From Centroscyllium fabricii (lineage: Eukaryota), in NCBI GenBank assembly GCA_051313645.2, contig JBNRSN020000004.1:74152001-74216000 (forward strand): a stretch of 64,000 nt of DNA, read 5' to 3'. Under the pieces are notes generated by a model. That model was not told the DNA's origin. It worked only from the letters and a program-made list of their open reading frames with translations, and made no database searches. Shown here piece by piece: positions 1-12,750 of the stretch. A program made the position numbers and the translations under genes. How positions within the stretch are numbered: the first letter of the stretch is position 1; each line of letters begins with the position of its first letter.

Positions 1-535
1 TAGAGTCAGAGCTTTCGATAGCCCATTTTGCAATCACGACTGGGAATCCCAAATGGTATACTTCCTCCCTGATGCCAGAGTTAAGGAGCGGAATGGTGGA
101 AAACCTTCTGGAAAAGGAAGGATAGCAGTCGACGGTCATGATCCATGTTGGAGCCTTTGACATAGATCGAAGTACAGTTCCAGTTTTGAAGAGAGTTTAA
201 GCAGCACTAGATTGATGAACAAGAGCTAAAGGATGGTAATCGCCAGATTGCTTCCTGTGCCACACGCTGGACATGTTAAGAATAGTAGGAAAGTCAATGC
301 ATGACTGCAGCAGGAGGGACGAGTCACATTGGAAAAAGGGAAGGCTATTCCGAAGGGATAGCTTTCACCAAATCCGAAACAGCATCCTTGAACATATGGT
401 AAATAGAGCAGTGGCAAAGGATTTAAAACCAATATGGCAGGGAGGTAGGGAAAGAGTAGCGGGTAGTTTTGGCAGAGGGGAGCAGGCTCAAGGGGCCAAA
501 TGGCTTACACTCCTATGTTCTTATCTTGTGATGGT
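1..535 (+). mobile_element. Old CR1-like LINE remnant: ORF1 (SGNH esterase-like) end joined to a CR1 3' tail
   Basis: Degenerate ...FLPDARVKE...IHVG... ORF1 motifs and the ORF1/ORF2 junction tttaaaaccaatatggcaggg, then the tail gagcaggctcaaggggccaaatggc...ctcctatgttctta. Confidence 0.6.
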
Positions 536-1572
536 TGGCTAAACCAGTTGCCGTCAGATACGCCATACTGCACCCCTTACAACTTATGAGTTACAAGTAT
601 GGTTCCAGTGGCACCAATCTCCGAGCAGTATCGGACAGAAACAGCCATTAATTATCTGCAAGCCTCGACAATGATTGTAGATGAGATATTCAGTTAGAAG
701 AGGCATTTTCCCCTTCCTTCCCCTGTGTACCAAGGCTAATTTTATGCTTTTATTGCCATCTCAAAAGCTAGGTTTGATCTTCTTGGTCCATAGGCTCAGT
801 TACTCACTGGATAAACTTAGAGTCATCAGGGGAGCTCGTTAGATGGACTTTCACCAAAATAAAGTTTGTACTACTCACTTAGGGCTACCAATCCTCAGTA
901 GTTTTCTTATTCAATTGCCTTATTTACATATTTTATTCAATTTTATGAACTTGAGGTACTTTCCTGCAGTCTATGAGTTCCTAACTACCCACTCAGTCTT
1001 TCATTTAGTGCTGGGTAATTAGTAGAGACACACATTAGGTGGGACACCCAGTGCTCATTAAATTACCAAAGTGGGAACAGAATATAGACAGCTTTCTTCT
1101 TCTGCCATTAGCATTTCAGATTTTTTTTTGCAATTGAACGCAACTACTTTTGAGTTAGTTAGCATAGTGACCTGGAGACCTTTCTGTGACAGACATTTTG
1201 ACAGTAAACCTAAAGGCATAGCAGGGAACACCTCCTTCCAGGTTATGTCAAATGAGTGCTACGCCATTTGTGAGACATGGAAATAAACTCGTGGGTTATA
1301 TGAGATAGCTCTGGCTGACAGTTGAACTTAAAAGTTCCATTTTTTTTAAAAATTGCACACGCAACATACAATTCTTCCTTCACACACCTTTTTATATTAC
1401 AGCAACAAATTTGCTTACGGATATTCTGTGGCTGTTATTTTGTTTCTCCCGCCTCAATAATCCAAATTAATTTTTCTACATGAAGCCACACATCGAAGAA
1501 TTAAAGAGTAATTTGTAATTTTATCTAATAAGGAATTCACAGTGAAAACGCTCAGCAGTTAACAGAACATAG

Positions 1573-1930
1573 AGCGGCACGGTGGCACAGTGGTTAGCAC
1601 TGTTACCTCACAGCACTGGAGACCCGGGTTCAAATCCAGCCTCGGGTGACTATCTGTGTGGAGTTTGCACATTCTCCCCGTGTCTGCGTGGGTTTCCTCC
1701 GGGTGCTCCAGTTTCCTCCCACAGTCCAAAGATGTGCGGGTTAGGTTGATTGGCCATGATAAATTGACCCTTAGTGTTCGGGCGATTGAATATGTGGGGT
1801 TACAGGGATAGGATATGTGTCGGTGCAGGCTCGATAGGGATAGAGGGATATGGGGAGAGGGCAGGGACAGGGTACTGGGTATGGATGATCATTGAATGGC
1901 GGAGCAGGCTCGAAGGGCCATCTTCTATGT
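1573..1930 (+). mobile_element. tRNA-derived HE1/V-SINE-type SINE
   Basis: A box (tggcacagtgg) and B box (gggttcaaatcc), central gtgtggagtttgcacattctccccgtg domain, CR1-like 3' tail. Confidence 0.88.
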
Positions 1931-3450
1931 TAAAAATAGGAGCATGAGTAGGCCATTCGGCCCTTCGAGCCTGCTCTGCCATTCAATATGATCTATGGCT
2001 AATCCTCTATCACAATACCATATTTCCGCTCTCTCCCCATACCCCTTGATGCTTTTTGTGACTAGAAATCTATCCATCTCCTTCTTAAATATATTCAGTG
2101 ACTTGGCCTTCTGTGGTAGAGAATTCCACAGATTCACCACCCTCTGAGTGAAGAAATTTCTCATCATCTCAGTCCTAAATGTCTTACCCTGTATCCTGAG
2201 ACTGTGGTCCCTCGTTCTGGACCCCCAGCAAGAGAATACATCCTCCCTGCATCCAGTCTGTCTAGCCCTGTCAGTTTTTTATACGCTTCAATGAAATCCC
2301 CTCTCATTCTTCTAGACTCCAGTGAATACAGGCCTAGTCGACCCAATCTCTCCTCATAAGACAGTCCTGCCAGTCTGGTGAACCTTTGCTGCACTCCCTC
2401 TATGGCAAGTATATCGTTTCTTAGGTAAGGAGACCAAAACTGCGCACAGTACTCCAGGTGTGGTCTCACCAAGGCCCTGTATAACTGTAGTAAGACATCC
2501 TTGCTCCTGTACTCAAATCCTCTTGCAATGAAGGCCAACATACCATTTGCCTTCCTAACTGCTTGCTGCACCTGCAACGTTTGCTTTCAGTGACTGATGT
2601 ACGAGGACACCCAGGTCCCTTTGTACATCAACATTTCCCAATCTATCACCATTTAAATAATACTCCGTCTTTCTGTTTTTCCTACCGAAGTGGATAACTG
2701 CACATTTATCCACGTTATACTGCATCTGCCATGTATTTGCCCACTCACTCAACTTGTCTGAATCGCCTTGAAGCCTCTTTGCATCCTCCTCACAATTCAA
2801 TCCCACCTACTTTCATGTCGTCAGCAAACTTGGAAATATTACATTTGCTTCCCTCATCCAAATCATTGATATACATTGTGAATAGCTGGGACCCAAGCAC
2901 TGATCCCTGCGGTACCCCACTAGTCACAGCCCGTCACCCTGAAAAAGAACCATTTATTCCTACTCTGTTTCCTGTCCGTTAACCAATTTTCAATCAATGC
3001 CCGTATATTACCCCCAATCCCATGTGCTTTCATTTTGCACACTAACCTCTTATGTGGGACTTTATCAAAGGCCTTCTGAAAATCCAAATACACCACGCCT
3101 ACTGGTTCTCCCTTGTGTAGTCTACCAGTTACATCCTCAAAAAACTCCAGTAGGTTTGTCAAACACTATTTCCCTTTCATAAATCCATGTTGACTTTGTC
3201 TAATTCCGTTGATATTTTCTAAGTGTCCTGTTATCACATCGTTTATAATAGACGCTAGCATTTTCCAGACTACTGATGTTAGGCTAGCTGGTCTGCAGTT
3301 CCCTGTTTTCTCTCTCCCTCCTTTTTTAAATAGCGGGGTTACATTTGCCACCCTCCAATCTGCAGGAACTGTTCCAGAATCTATAGAATTTTGGAAGATG
3401 ACAACCAATGCATCCGCTATGGCTACCTCTTAGCACTCTGGGATGCAAAT
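1931..3450 (-). mobile_element. CR1/HER1 LINE, 5'-truncated (RT and 3' end)
   Basis: ORF pieces [22 protein letters not shown] and YRALVRPHLEYCAQFWSP, plus 3' tail. Confidence 0.93.
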
Positions 3451-4237
3451 TAGTTTCAGATTGGACGACTTGACTTTCCATCTTAATGAAGAATTCTATC
3501 ATGTTATCAGAACCATCAACTTTAACTAATGTGTACCATTTGTCCCCAAAAAACCCCAGTCTCTGAAATTAGATTTATCTAAAGTGGCTCCATTTTCAGG
3601 AAGGGGTATCTTTGCAGTCCAAAGGATAATTAATGACTTACTTTTTGGATTCAACAAGTTACACTTGGATAGCTTGCCTCATAACAAGGCGGCGTCTTAG
3701 AGCATTCCACAATAAGGAGGAAAGGAATATGGTGAGCATAGGGAAAGGCAAATAAAGGAGGCCGGGATGTGGAAATCGAAAGTCTGCCTAACAGTTGAAC
3801 TTCGAGGGACCTTTTCAAAGCAGGGCAAGAAGGAGGGGACCGAGAGTTCCACAGGACAGAAACAGTGGCTGAAATAGCTGGCCACTAACTGTGGAGCCGA
3901 GGAGCAAGGGCTGAGAAATTCAGTGTTATGAGGAGTGGAGCATGCATAGATGCAAGACAGGAAGCGGTCACAAAAGTAGGGGTAAGCAAAGCCATGAAGA
4001 AATTTGAAAATGAGGTTAAGAACTCTGAATCAACACGCTGAGGCATGGGAATCCAGTGGAGCTTGGACATGGTTATTTGGGAGCATGAGACTTAGTGTGG
4101 GTGAGAGGCAGTCTGCGGCTTTAAGTTGAAGTTTGACGTTGAAAGGCGAGCAATTAGAGAAGTCAAGTCTTAAAGTGACGAGGTGTCTGAAGAATTGGCA
4201 GTGAAATGGGAGATATAGGGATAGATCTAGAGTTTCA

Positions 4238-4959
4238 TGGAATTTCATGTCCCCGTGAGGCGGGGTTTTCGGCTGCCCGGCCGGCAAAATAGCGGAACTG
4301 GCGGGTTGCGACCCCCGCCGTATCCCCACCGCTTTTTCATTTTCCCCGCCCCGAAACCTTCCTGCCGCCGGCCGGCGGGGATGGGTTGTCACCTCGTTAA
4401 GGGCCTTTAAATGGCATCTTTAATGCCATTTTAAGGGCCCTCAGCCATTTTGACCTGTTTCCCGCCCTAACCCCGTCACCTTATCACTTTCCCCTTCAAG
4501 GTGTGAAGGACATGCTGCCAAATGCTTGGCGTGCCTCCAGCACCTTAGTAAGTTACTCCGTGCTGGCTGCAGCAGCTGTGAGCAGAAACTGAGAAATCTC
4601 AGCTCTGCACATTTGCTCACAGCCGCTGTGAGCTGTCAAGGATTCTGAGCCCGCCCGCCTGTCTGTCAGTCACCAGCACTTGACCTTTCCCATTGGTTCC
4701 ACTCAACTGTGATGTCACAGTGGAGTGTTTCCATGGGAACTGTCAACAACCAGTGCTGGAACTGTCAATCAAACGCCTCGCAGCCCCGCTGGAGCCCGAC
4801 TCGATTGACTTAATTACCACCCGCTGCCGCCGGCGTGGATTTAACAACCCAATTAAATTAAAATTGCGTGGCCTTCCCAGCTGTTTGGGCGGGCGGGACA
4901 GGATGCCGCCCAGACCAATCACCGCCAGGTTCCCGCCCTTCCGGCAAAGTCCCCCCCCC
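4238..4959. mobile_element. GC-rich non-autonomous DNA transposon (Harbinger-like MITE), copy 1
   Basis: Near-identical to 15482-16259, which interrupts a CR1. Loosely inverted G/C-rich termini, no coding capacity. Superfamily assignment tentative. Confidence 0.7.
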
Positions 4960-5059
4960 TAGGTGGGGAGAGGTGCGAATGGGAGCAACCTCAAATTTGC
5001 AGACATTTGATCGAAGGACGTTTGTGTCCTTTCAGATCTTAAAACTGAACAGACAATTG

Positions 5060-5720
5060 TATCTCCAGCAAAGACTTCCCTTTCCACCCTGGCACTATCA
5101 CCTCCCGAGTCCCTCAAGGATTTATGCTGGCCGCTTCCTCATCTACATGTTGCCACTTGGTGATATCATCCGCAGGCACGATGTCAGATTCCATCTGCAC
5201 GTTAATGCCCTCAGCTGTACCATGACCACCTCTGCACTGTCAGGTTGCCATCAACCTGAACATTTGGAAAACCAAAGCCACTGGTTTCAGTCCTCACCAT
5301 AAGCTCCGTGTCCCCTGCTCTCCCTGGAAGACTCCACCAGTCTGAATCAGACGGTTGCAAAACAGTGGCATCCTATTTGATCCAGAACAGAGCTTCACCG
5401 CAACTCCAACACATTCCTTGCTGAACTCTCAGCCTCCACCCTTGATAGACTCAAACCTGTACAAAACTCAGCTGCCCAAATCCTGTCCCACACCAATTCC
5501 CACTTGTCCATCATCCTCTGGCTTTGTTGATTTGCACTGGCTGCCTATCCCACAACTTATTAAATTTAAAATCATCTTCAAATCGCTCCAGACTTGCTTC
5601 ACCCCATCTCTGCAAACTCCTCTGGCTCATATCCCCTCCCACACCCTGCAGCCTTCTGACTGGGCTTTCACATAACCCACCCCCATCCCCTTTACCCTAC
5701 CACACAAGTGCCAGGCAATG
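5060..5720 (+). mobile_element. Degraded L2-clade LINE fragment
   Basis: FLIYMLPLGDIIRRHDVRFH and LHWLPI...KFKI motifs typical of L2 RT and C-terminus. Confidence 0.7.
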
Positions 5721-6251
5721 ACTATCTCAAAGAGAGTGTCTAGCCACCTTCCCTTGACATTCAATGGCACTACTACTGTCGAAGTCCCTGCCATCAACAT
5801 CCCGGGGGGTCACCACTGACCAGAAACTTAACTGAATCAGCCACATAAACACTGTGGCTACAAGAGCAAGTCATAAGCTGGGTATTCTGCGGCGGGTGAC
5901 TCGCCAAAGTCTTTCCACCATCTACAAGGCACATCAGGAGTGCGATGGAAGATTCTCCACTTGCTTGGATGAGGACAGCTCCAACAACACTCAAGAAACA
6001 CTACACCATCCAGGATAAAGCAGCCCGCTCGATTGGCACCCCATCCACCACTTTAAATATTCACTCCCTCCACCACCGGCGCACTGTGGCTGCAGAGTGT
6101 AGCATCCACAAGATGCACTGCAGCAACTCACCAAGGCTTTTCCAACAGCACCTCCTAAACCCACGACCTCTACCACCTAGAAAGACAAGAGCAGCAGGCA
6201 CATGGGAACACCATCACCTCCAAGTACCCTTCAAGTTGCAAGCCATGCTGA

Positions 6252-6411
6252 CAATGTTCCTTGTAAACTGCACTTTGTTCTGCGCTGCCCGTTTCTTTTA
6301 ATGCGTAGTCCATTAAATATTGCGCATGTGCTGAAATTTAACAATGGAAAAGCCGGGAAGTGGCCTGCACGGGACCTTTCCCATTACTGAGCGGCCTCGG
6401 AATGAACATTG
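6252..6411. mobile_element. Small hAT-type MITE
   Basis: TIR caatgttc/gaacattg with perfect 8-bp TSD catgctga (6244-6251, 6412-6419). Confidence 0.8.
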
Positions 6412-6498
6412 CATGCTGACTTGGAAATATATTGCCGTTCCTTCGCCATCGCTGGGTCAAAATCCTGGAACTCCCTCCCTATCACTACTATGGGAGCA

Positions 6499-6828
6499 CA
6501 GGTACACAACCCCTTATCCGCAACTCCAAAAACCGAAAAGCTCCAAAAACCGAAATCCCGAGTTGCGCCAAAATAACCATTTTTTTCTTAAATAAATTGA
6601 AGTTGCAGCAGAAAAATGTTTTTACCTTGATTTTCTGCTGTTGATGCCGTGCTGAGGAAATAAACGGCCAATATGCCGTTCCCCAACTGTGAACTGGGCC
6701 GCAAACACGGAAATGCACACGTGCCTGTGATCTGCGCATGCGCACTGGGCAAACTCTAAAAACCGAAAAATCCCGAAAACCGAGACCCACCCGGTCCCGA
6801 GGTTTTCGGATAAAGGTTTGTATACCTG
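6499..6828. mobile_element. Tc1/pogo (Tigger-like) MITE, family A
   Basis: TIR caggtacacaaccccttatccg / cggataaaggtttgtatacctg, TA on the right. Related to 58963-59310. Confidence 0.82.
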
Positions 6829-7274
6829 TACCTTTACCACACAGACTGCAGTGGTTCAAGAAGGTGGCTCACAACCACCTTCTCAAGGGCAATCAGGGAT
6901 GGGCAATAAATACTGGACTTTCCAGCGACAGCCACATCCTGTGAATGAATGAAAAAAACATTGGTAAGCAGAGCTCCCTCAGTTCTACTGTCTAGGATAC
7001 TCAACCAATGCGGGAAGACAAAATTAAAAGCCAGAGTTGTTGCTGTAAAATAGATTTGACAACTGGGGCACATAGTAGAACATAGCAACCGTATAAAGCC
7101 ACTGCTAATAGGAGAGAAAACATTTGAGAAATACATCAAGATTACAGCTCCCATACTGTATTAAAAACATGTTGCTCTCATGCACTGCAGTGAGCAAAAT
7201 CTCTTAAAATTGAACACATCAACTAGAATTGTCCAACCTGCTCCTTTAATCAATTCAGTCAAAAATGATGGTTG

Positions 7275-9231
7275 CGTAGGAGACTGTGATCTCCCAACAA
7301 ATAAATCAGCCAACTCGGAGGAGTAACTGCAAAACTGGTCTTTTCTGTTCAAACTCCAAAAACATTCTAACAACAATGCGCGATGAAGTCACCAACTGGT
7401 CTGTTTTCCCTCTCTCAAAGGGGAGGGGAAACCTGTAAGTTAAAGGGGATTTTACATGCAATTATTATGTACAGTCATTTATTCCCCGATGTGGAAATGC
7501 CACATGTGCCCCCCCAGAATCCTCTTTAACTGAAAAAGTCAATCGTTCAGGTGGCTTGATCAAACAGCCGTAGCGGCTGTAGTACTCGGACAGTGGACGA
7601 GGAGTGGTGTCCGGGAGGCTGGCAGGTTGAAGAACAGGCGAGTCCGGCGGCTGGTCTGACGTCGGACTAGCAGGATGGTCTGCGGGCGGTGACGACGACG
7701 ATTGGCAGGCGGGCGGACTGGCTGACGACAGGGGTGTTGCAGGAGGTCTGCTGCGACGTGGAGGAAGATCTGGCTGGACCGGAGAACTGAGGTCGAGGTG
7801 AGCCGGCTTCAGACGATCCACCGAGACGTAGTCCGGCTTTCTGCCAACGTCCAGAATGAAAGGTTTGTCGCCCGCCTCCAAGACATGGAAAGGTCACGTG
7901 TAAGGGGCCTGAAGAGGATCTTTGTGCGCATCCCGGCGCACGAAAACGAATTCCACCTGGTGTAGATCTTTTGGAACGTGGGAGAGCTGAGGGCCATGCT
8001 GGGACGTGGGCACCAGCCGAAAGCACCTGGCCGCCTCTTGATGCAGTAATCGTTGTATTGAAGCGGACCACGGCTCTGACGAGAGGAAGGAATTCGCCCT
8101 CCCGGGACTCTGAGCGGTTTCCCATAAACCATTTCGGCCGAAGAGTTGAGGTCTTCCTTGGGTGCAGTACGAAGTCCCAGAAGAACCCTGGGCAACCTGT
8201 CTATCCAGCAGGTATCTAACAGGCAGGCCCGCAAGGAGGCTTTCAACAATCTGTGAAAACGCTCAGAAAGGTCATTCGCCTGTGGGTGATAGGCTGTGGT
8301 TCTATGGAGTTTTGCTCCTAGCCCATGAGCGACGGCGTTCCACAGCTGAGAAGTAAACTGAAGACCTCTGTCCCGACGAAATATCGGCAGGAACTCCGAA
8401 TCTGGCCACCCACGATCATAAAAACGACTTGGCCATGTCAGCCGCGGTGGTGGAGGTTAGAAGGACTACCGCCAGCCACCTTGTGGTGCAGTTGACTATA
8501 GTGAGGAGGTGCGTGTAGCCTCGCGGTGGCGGGAGTGGGCCAACCAGGTCCACATGAATGTGGTCAAACCTTCTCTCAGGCACGGGGAAAAGAAAACCTT
8601 GTGGTTCGGACCCCAGAAGAGTGAGCATTTGGCTCATTAACTGGGTCGGGGTGGAGTCTCCAAGGCCTGGTAGCGAGAGAAGCCTGCGTGCTCTCTCCTC
8701 CTTGGACAAACTGAAAACCTGCAGGAGTCTGTCCTTAACTGCCTCGTACTTGCCGGCTTCTGGAGAGTTTCCCAGAAGGCCGATAACTTCCGCAGCAGTG
8801 GAGCTCTCGAGGGCCGACACAGCATGGAGGTATTTTTCTTCATCGTCCTCAACCTTCCGCAGAGCGAACTGGGCTTCTGCATGAGCAAACCATGTGACCG
8901 CTTGTTGCTCCCAAAAAGGGAGTTTTAAGGCTGCAGCCATTATGCTGCGTGGGTCAGTAAAAACGTTTACTGACTAGGGGTCACCAATGTAGGAGACTGT
9001 GATCCCCTAACAAATAAATCAGCCAACTCGGAGAAGTAACTGCAAAACTGGTCTTTTCTGTTTAAACTCGAAAAACATTCGAACAACAAAAGTCCACGGA
9101 ATGCGCGATGACATCACCAACTGGTCTGTTTTCCCTCTCTCTTAAAGGGGAGGAGAAACCTGTAAATTAAAGGGGATTTTACATGCAATTATTATGTACA
9201 GTCATTTATTCCCCGATGTGGAAATGCCACA
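7275..9231 (-). mobile_element. Internally deleted Gypsy LTR retrotransposon (gag N-terminus fused to integrase remnant; no PR/RT/RNase H)
   Basis: LTRs 7275-7504 and 8988-9231, 4-bp TSD gttg, PBS tggtgacccc (tRNA-Trp type), G-rich PPT. Gag KLPFW...WFAHAEAQFALR; integrase HIHVDLVGPLP, VLLGLRTAPKEDL, SVDRLKPAHL. Confidence 0.93.
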
Positions 9232-9442
9232 GTTGTCCATTTCTGGAAGAAACACCACCAACAAACTTGGTTTAAAATGTGGCAACACATTTCTGAAGTT
9301 GTGCAGTCGCAAATTAAGTTTTCACATACAGATGGACAGATTGAAACAAATGCGTCTCCTTTCATCAACCAAGCAAGATAATTAAGGATGAGCAAGGTAT
9401 CTTAAGGAGGCACCAGCTGAAGGCCATACAAAATGCGCATTA

Positions 9443-9971
9443 CAGGAAACTCTCATTTAAGCGGCACCTAAATATCCTAAATATTCTCTATTAACCGGCA
9501 GAATTCTCGCTCCGAAAGCAACACCTCAATAACCGTCAATGTTGCAGAGTCCGAGTCTCCTGCGGTGGCCAAGGGGGTAGTTCTCCAAACTGCCACTACT
9601 CGGCTTCTTGGCGCTGTCGGGAGTCGGAACACCTCAATACCCCTGTAACAGGAGTCTGACTCTCCCACGCTGCTGGTAGTCTCTTCTGATCCGCCATTTT
9701 ACAGGGGTACTGTGTGTCTCCCACGCTGCTGGATTTCATTGCATTGCATTACCCTCAACTGGCAGTATTGTACTTAATCAAGCATCTTCCACCATCCATT
9801 TAACACAACATTCTGTAGGTGAGTACCCAATTACTGTATATTCCACATTTCTTGATTTTTAAATTTCTTTGTTAAAAATAGCCTCGGTAGATTACCCTCT
9901 CCGTCAGCTGGAAATTTTGATAAACCGGCAACACGCCGGTCCAGTCTGTGCCGATAAAAAATCGTTTCCTG
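9443..9971. mobile_element. Older Tigger-like MITE
   Basis: Imperfect TIR caggaaactctcatttaagcggcac / gtgccgataaaaaatcgtttcctg, flanked by TA on both sides. Confidence 0.65.
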
Positions 9972-9973
9972 TA

Positions 9974-10432
9974 CAGGTTGAAGTTCGTTAATCCGGCACG
10001 GGCGGGACCAGGCCCGTACCGGACAAGTGAAAATCCCGAACGGTTGAAGTTTCGGCGAGTGCATGCACAGACCATTCAAAATGGCCGCCGCGAAAGGCTG
10101 GTGGCCATTTTGAGTGGTCTGCGCATGCGCTGATCGTTCGGCGAGACCCGGCTCTGGGAGGCTCGCAGCGGCCAGGCTCTGGGAGGCTCGCAGCGGCCAG
10201 GCTCGGGAGGCTCGCAGTGGCCAGGCTCGGAGGCTCGCAGCGGCCTGGATCGGCTCGGCCATTGTGAATGATCTGCACATGCGCTCGCCGTTCGGCGGCG
10301 CATGCGTAGATCATTCGCCGAAGCATCGATCGCGGTGGCCATTTTGCGCATGCGCAGGGCAGTCGGGGAAATTATTGCCGGATGTTCGAAGTTGCCGGTT
10401 TTTCGGGTGCCGGATTAACGAACTTCAACCTG
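9974..10432. mobile_element. Tc1/pogo (Tigger-like) MITE, family B, with internal ~24-bp tandem repeat
   Basis: Perfect 26-bp TIR caggttgaagttcgttaatccggcac, TA TSD. Repeat unit ggctctgggaggctcgcagcggcca at about 10150-10245. Confidence 0.9.
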
Positions 10433-11591
10433 TACATAAAAAGCATTTGATAGTGTGTGTGTTAATGAGGAAAACATGCACAACTGTTGATACAAAATCT
10501 GCAGGTTACCGAAGAGTTCTAGTAGTACAATACTACTTGACAGCACTTATTACATTTTGGCTTTGTGACAAAAGCTTCCACTTCCAGTTTGTGCAATTAA
10601 AAAACATAATTGACTATTAGTGATCATTCTGTAGGTGCGCAGCAGGGGATTTTTTTGCATAAGTAACTGGAGACATAAACCTAGAAGCATTCTCTGTTGC
10701 AAACACAAATTAAAAAGGTAAATTATTCACTATACAATTCAGCAATCAGCTTTCTTTGATGAAGTTACACACCACATGTCCTACCTAACTGGAAATATTG
10801 GTGTTATCTGTCCCTAGAACAAATCCTGGCAGAAACCCAAATAATGCTGTTCCTGCACATATTAACACCTAATTAGGGTCACACTGAAAATAGAAGAGAG
10901 GAGGAAAATAGAAAAAGGGAGAGATTGAGATTAAAGCAAAAATGAAGTTTTTTTTAAAAAAGGGTCATTTACTAAGTACAATCTACTCTCGATAGTGCAG
11001 TCATTTTTTGCATTAAAAATTTGAATTATCCAGCAAATCAAATTAAGTAACACAAACACAGGAACGATTAATTTAATGCTTTAAAAATTAAAATCAGAAT
11101 TTTGAAACAAGGAACTTGACATTATGAATAGACAACAAAGAAAGAACACCATACAACCATAGAAGTTTATAGCACAGAACAAGTGACTCTGCCATCTCTT
11201 TTCTAGAGTAATCCAAAACTAATCCCTCTGCCCCGAGCCCTGTATCATGCTCTGCTGCAAATATCTGTCAAATTTTCCCTTAGAAAATAGTGGTCTCTGC
11301 CACAACTTCTCCGTGTCAAAGCATTCCATGTTCCAACAAGCAATCTCTCTTCATTATGACTACTTTTAAATTGATGACCACTAATGCTCCAGAAGAAACA
11401 GTCCTTCCACATCAAGGTTTACCACATCAAAACCTTGCATAATTTCAAAAACATCTATCAGATCGCCTCAGCCTTCTCTGCTCCATTGGGAATAGCTCCA
11501 AGATAACATCTCTCCTCATAACGATTATTTTTCAGCCAAGGTATCATCCTGGTGAATCTATGCTGTCCCATGGCTTTTCCATCCTTTGTAT

Positions 11592-12359
11592 CAGTGTTGT
11601 CCAATATGTTAGCCACTAGTTACATGTGGCTAATTGGGATTCCAGATGTAGGGAATTACATTGGTAAATAAAAATGAGTAATAGACACCATTGTTGGCCG
11701 TTTGATTTCAATACCTATTCACACAGCATTTGCACTTTAGTCTTTTTGTGCAGAAGATGAAAAGTTATGTCCAAGTGTTTTTGATCATTGTGTGCGCTTT
11801 ACCTCATCAGTTAGTTCTTCTATTGGTCATCAGCTAAAACGGTGCAACGAATGAAAAAGCTGATCTTCAGCACCATGGGAACACCAGCAACATTGTGTGG
11901 AGAGGGGAGCGGTCACTATGGCCAACTCGACCAATCTGAATAACTGCTCCAGGCCAGAAGAAAGCCAGCCCAAGCAATAATGAGCAGCTCCAACAGGGCA
12001 CGTCATGACAAAGGGCAAGCGGTACCCAACCACATTTTGGATGGAGAGCAGGGACGAGTCTCGTTGTGCAAGTCGCATCCTCAGTAATCACTCTGGTAAA
12101 GTCAAAGTACCACGCACGACTGCAGGACAAAAACCTAGATGCCGCATTAAGATGTACAGTGTCTGGTAAATTCACGGCAGAATTCCAAACTTTGGAAAAA
12201 CAGAATGACTGCCAAGTTTTTGTGGATGGTGGTAGATGATTGTTAAATAGATATACATGTGAAGTACATTTACCTGTGCATCATGTGTAGGGCGTTTTCT
12301 ACTAAAATTAATGCATGTGCTGCCTGTGGCTCATCACCAATTTCTATTGGACAATAGTG
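11592..12359 (+). mobile_element. hAT/Charlie-like deletion derivative with transposase C-terminal remnant
   Basis: TIR cagtgttgtccaata / tattggacaatagtg, degenerate 8-bp TSD ctttgtat/cttcatat. About 12075-12220 reads SVITLVKSKYHARLQDKNLDAALRC...FQTLEKQNDCQV (hAT dimerization-domain end). Confidence 0.75.
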
Positions 12360-12750
12360 CTTCATATAATGGGGCACCCAAAAATGCACACAGGACCTCC
12401 AACTGTGATCGAACCAATATTTCATATAAATGTATTACTTTTTACTCATATGCTGCATGTCCCTATTTGTAAATCTCTCTGCACTTTCAGGGAATTAAGT
12501 ATTCAACCCCCCAGGTCTCTTGTTCATCCATATCTTTAAACATCTTTACATTGAGCATATACTTCAATTCATTGTTTTTTCTTGCAAATTTTATTCTCTC
12601 GTGTTTATCCACAATAAATTGCATCCGTCACCTGTCCGTTCATTCTGCTAACCGAGCTGTCTTCCTGAAGCGTTTTACTTTCCTCCTTGATGCATGCCAA
12701 ATCTTACTATTGCTGTGTCAGCAAATTTTGAGATTATGCTCCCTATATAA

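Larger units (their letters stand above)
5720..6958 (+). mobile_element. LINE 3' part (L2/Crack-like), interrupted by two MITEs
   Basis: YKAHIRSAMEDSPLAWMRTAPTTLKKHYTIQDKAAR RT C-terminal motif. 3' end ...gggcaataaatactgg...cacatcctgtgaatgaatgaaaaaaa. Confidence 0.7.

Noticed and set aside
1573-1645. tRNA-like A/B-box sequences here and at other SINE heads
   Set aside because: These are tRNA-derived SINE heads continuous with the SINE body, not tRNA genes.
9831-10620. Overlapping ORFs with repeated peptides (AWPLRAS, EPGRCEPP)
   Set aside because: Translation of a GC-rich tandem repeat inside a MITE. Not a CRISPR array either, since there are no unique spacers.
10735-10765. Minus-strand LHQRKLIAEL resembling RBM33 PQQRKAIAKF
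   Set aside because: Bounded by in-frame stops, with no acceptor and no further similarity.
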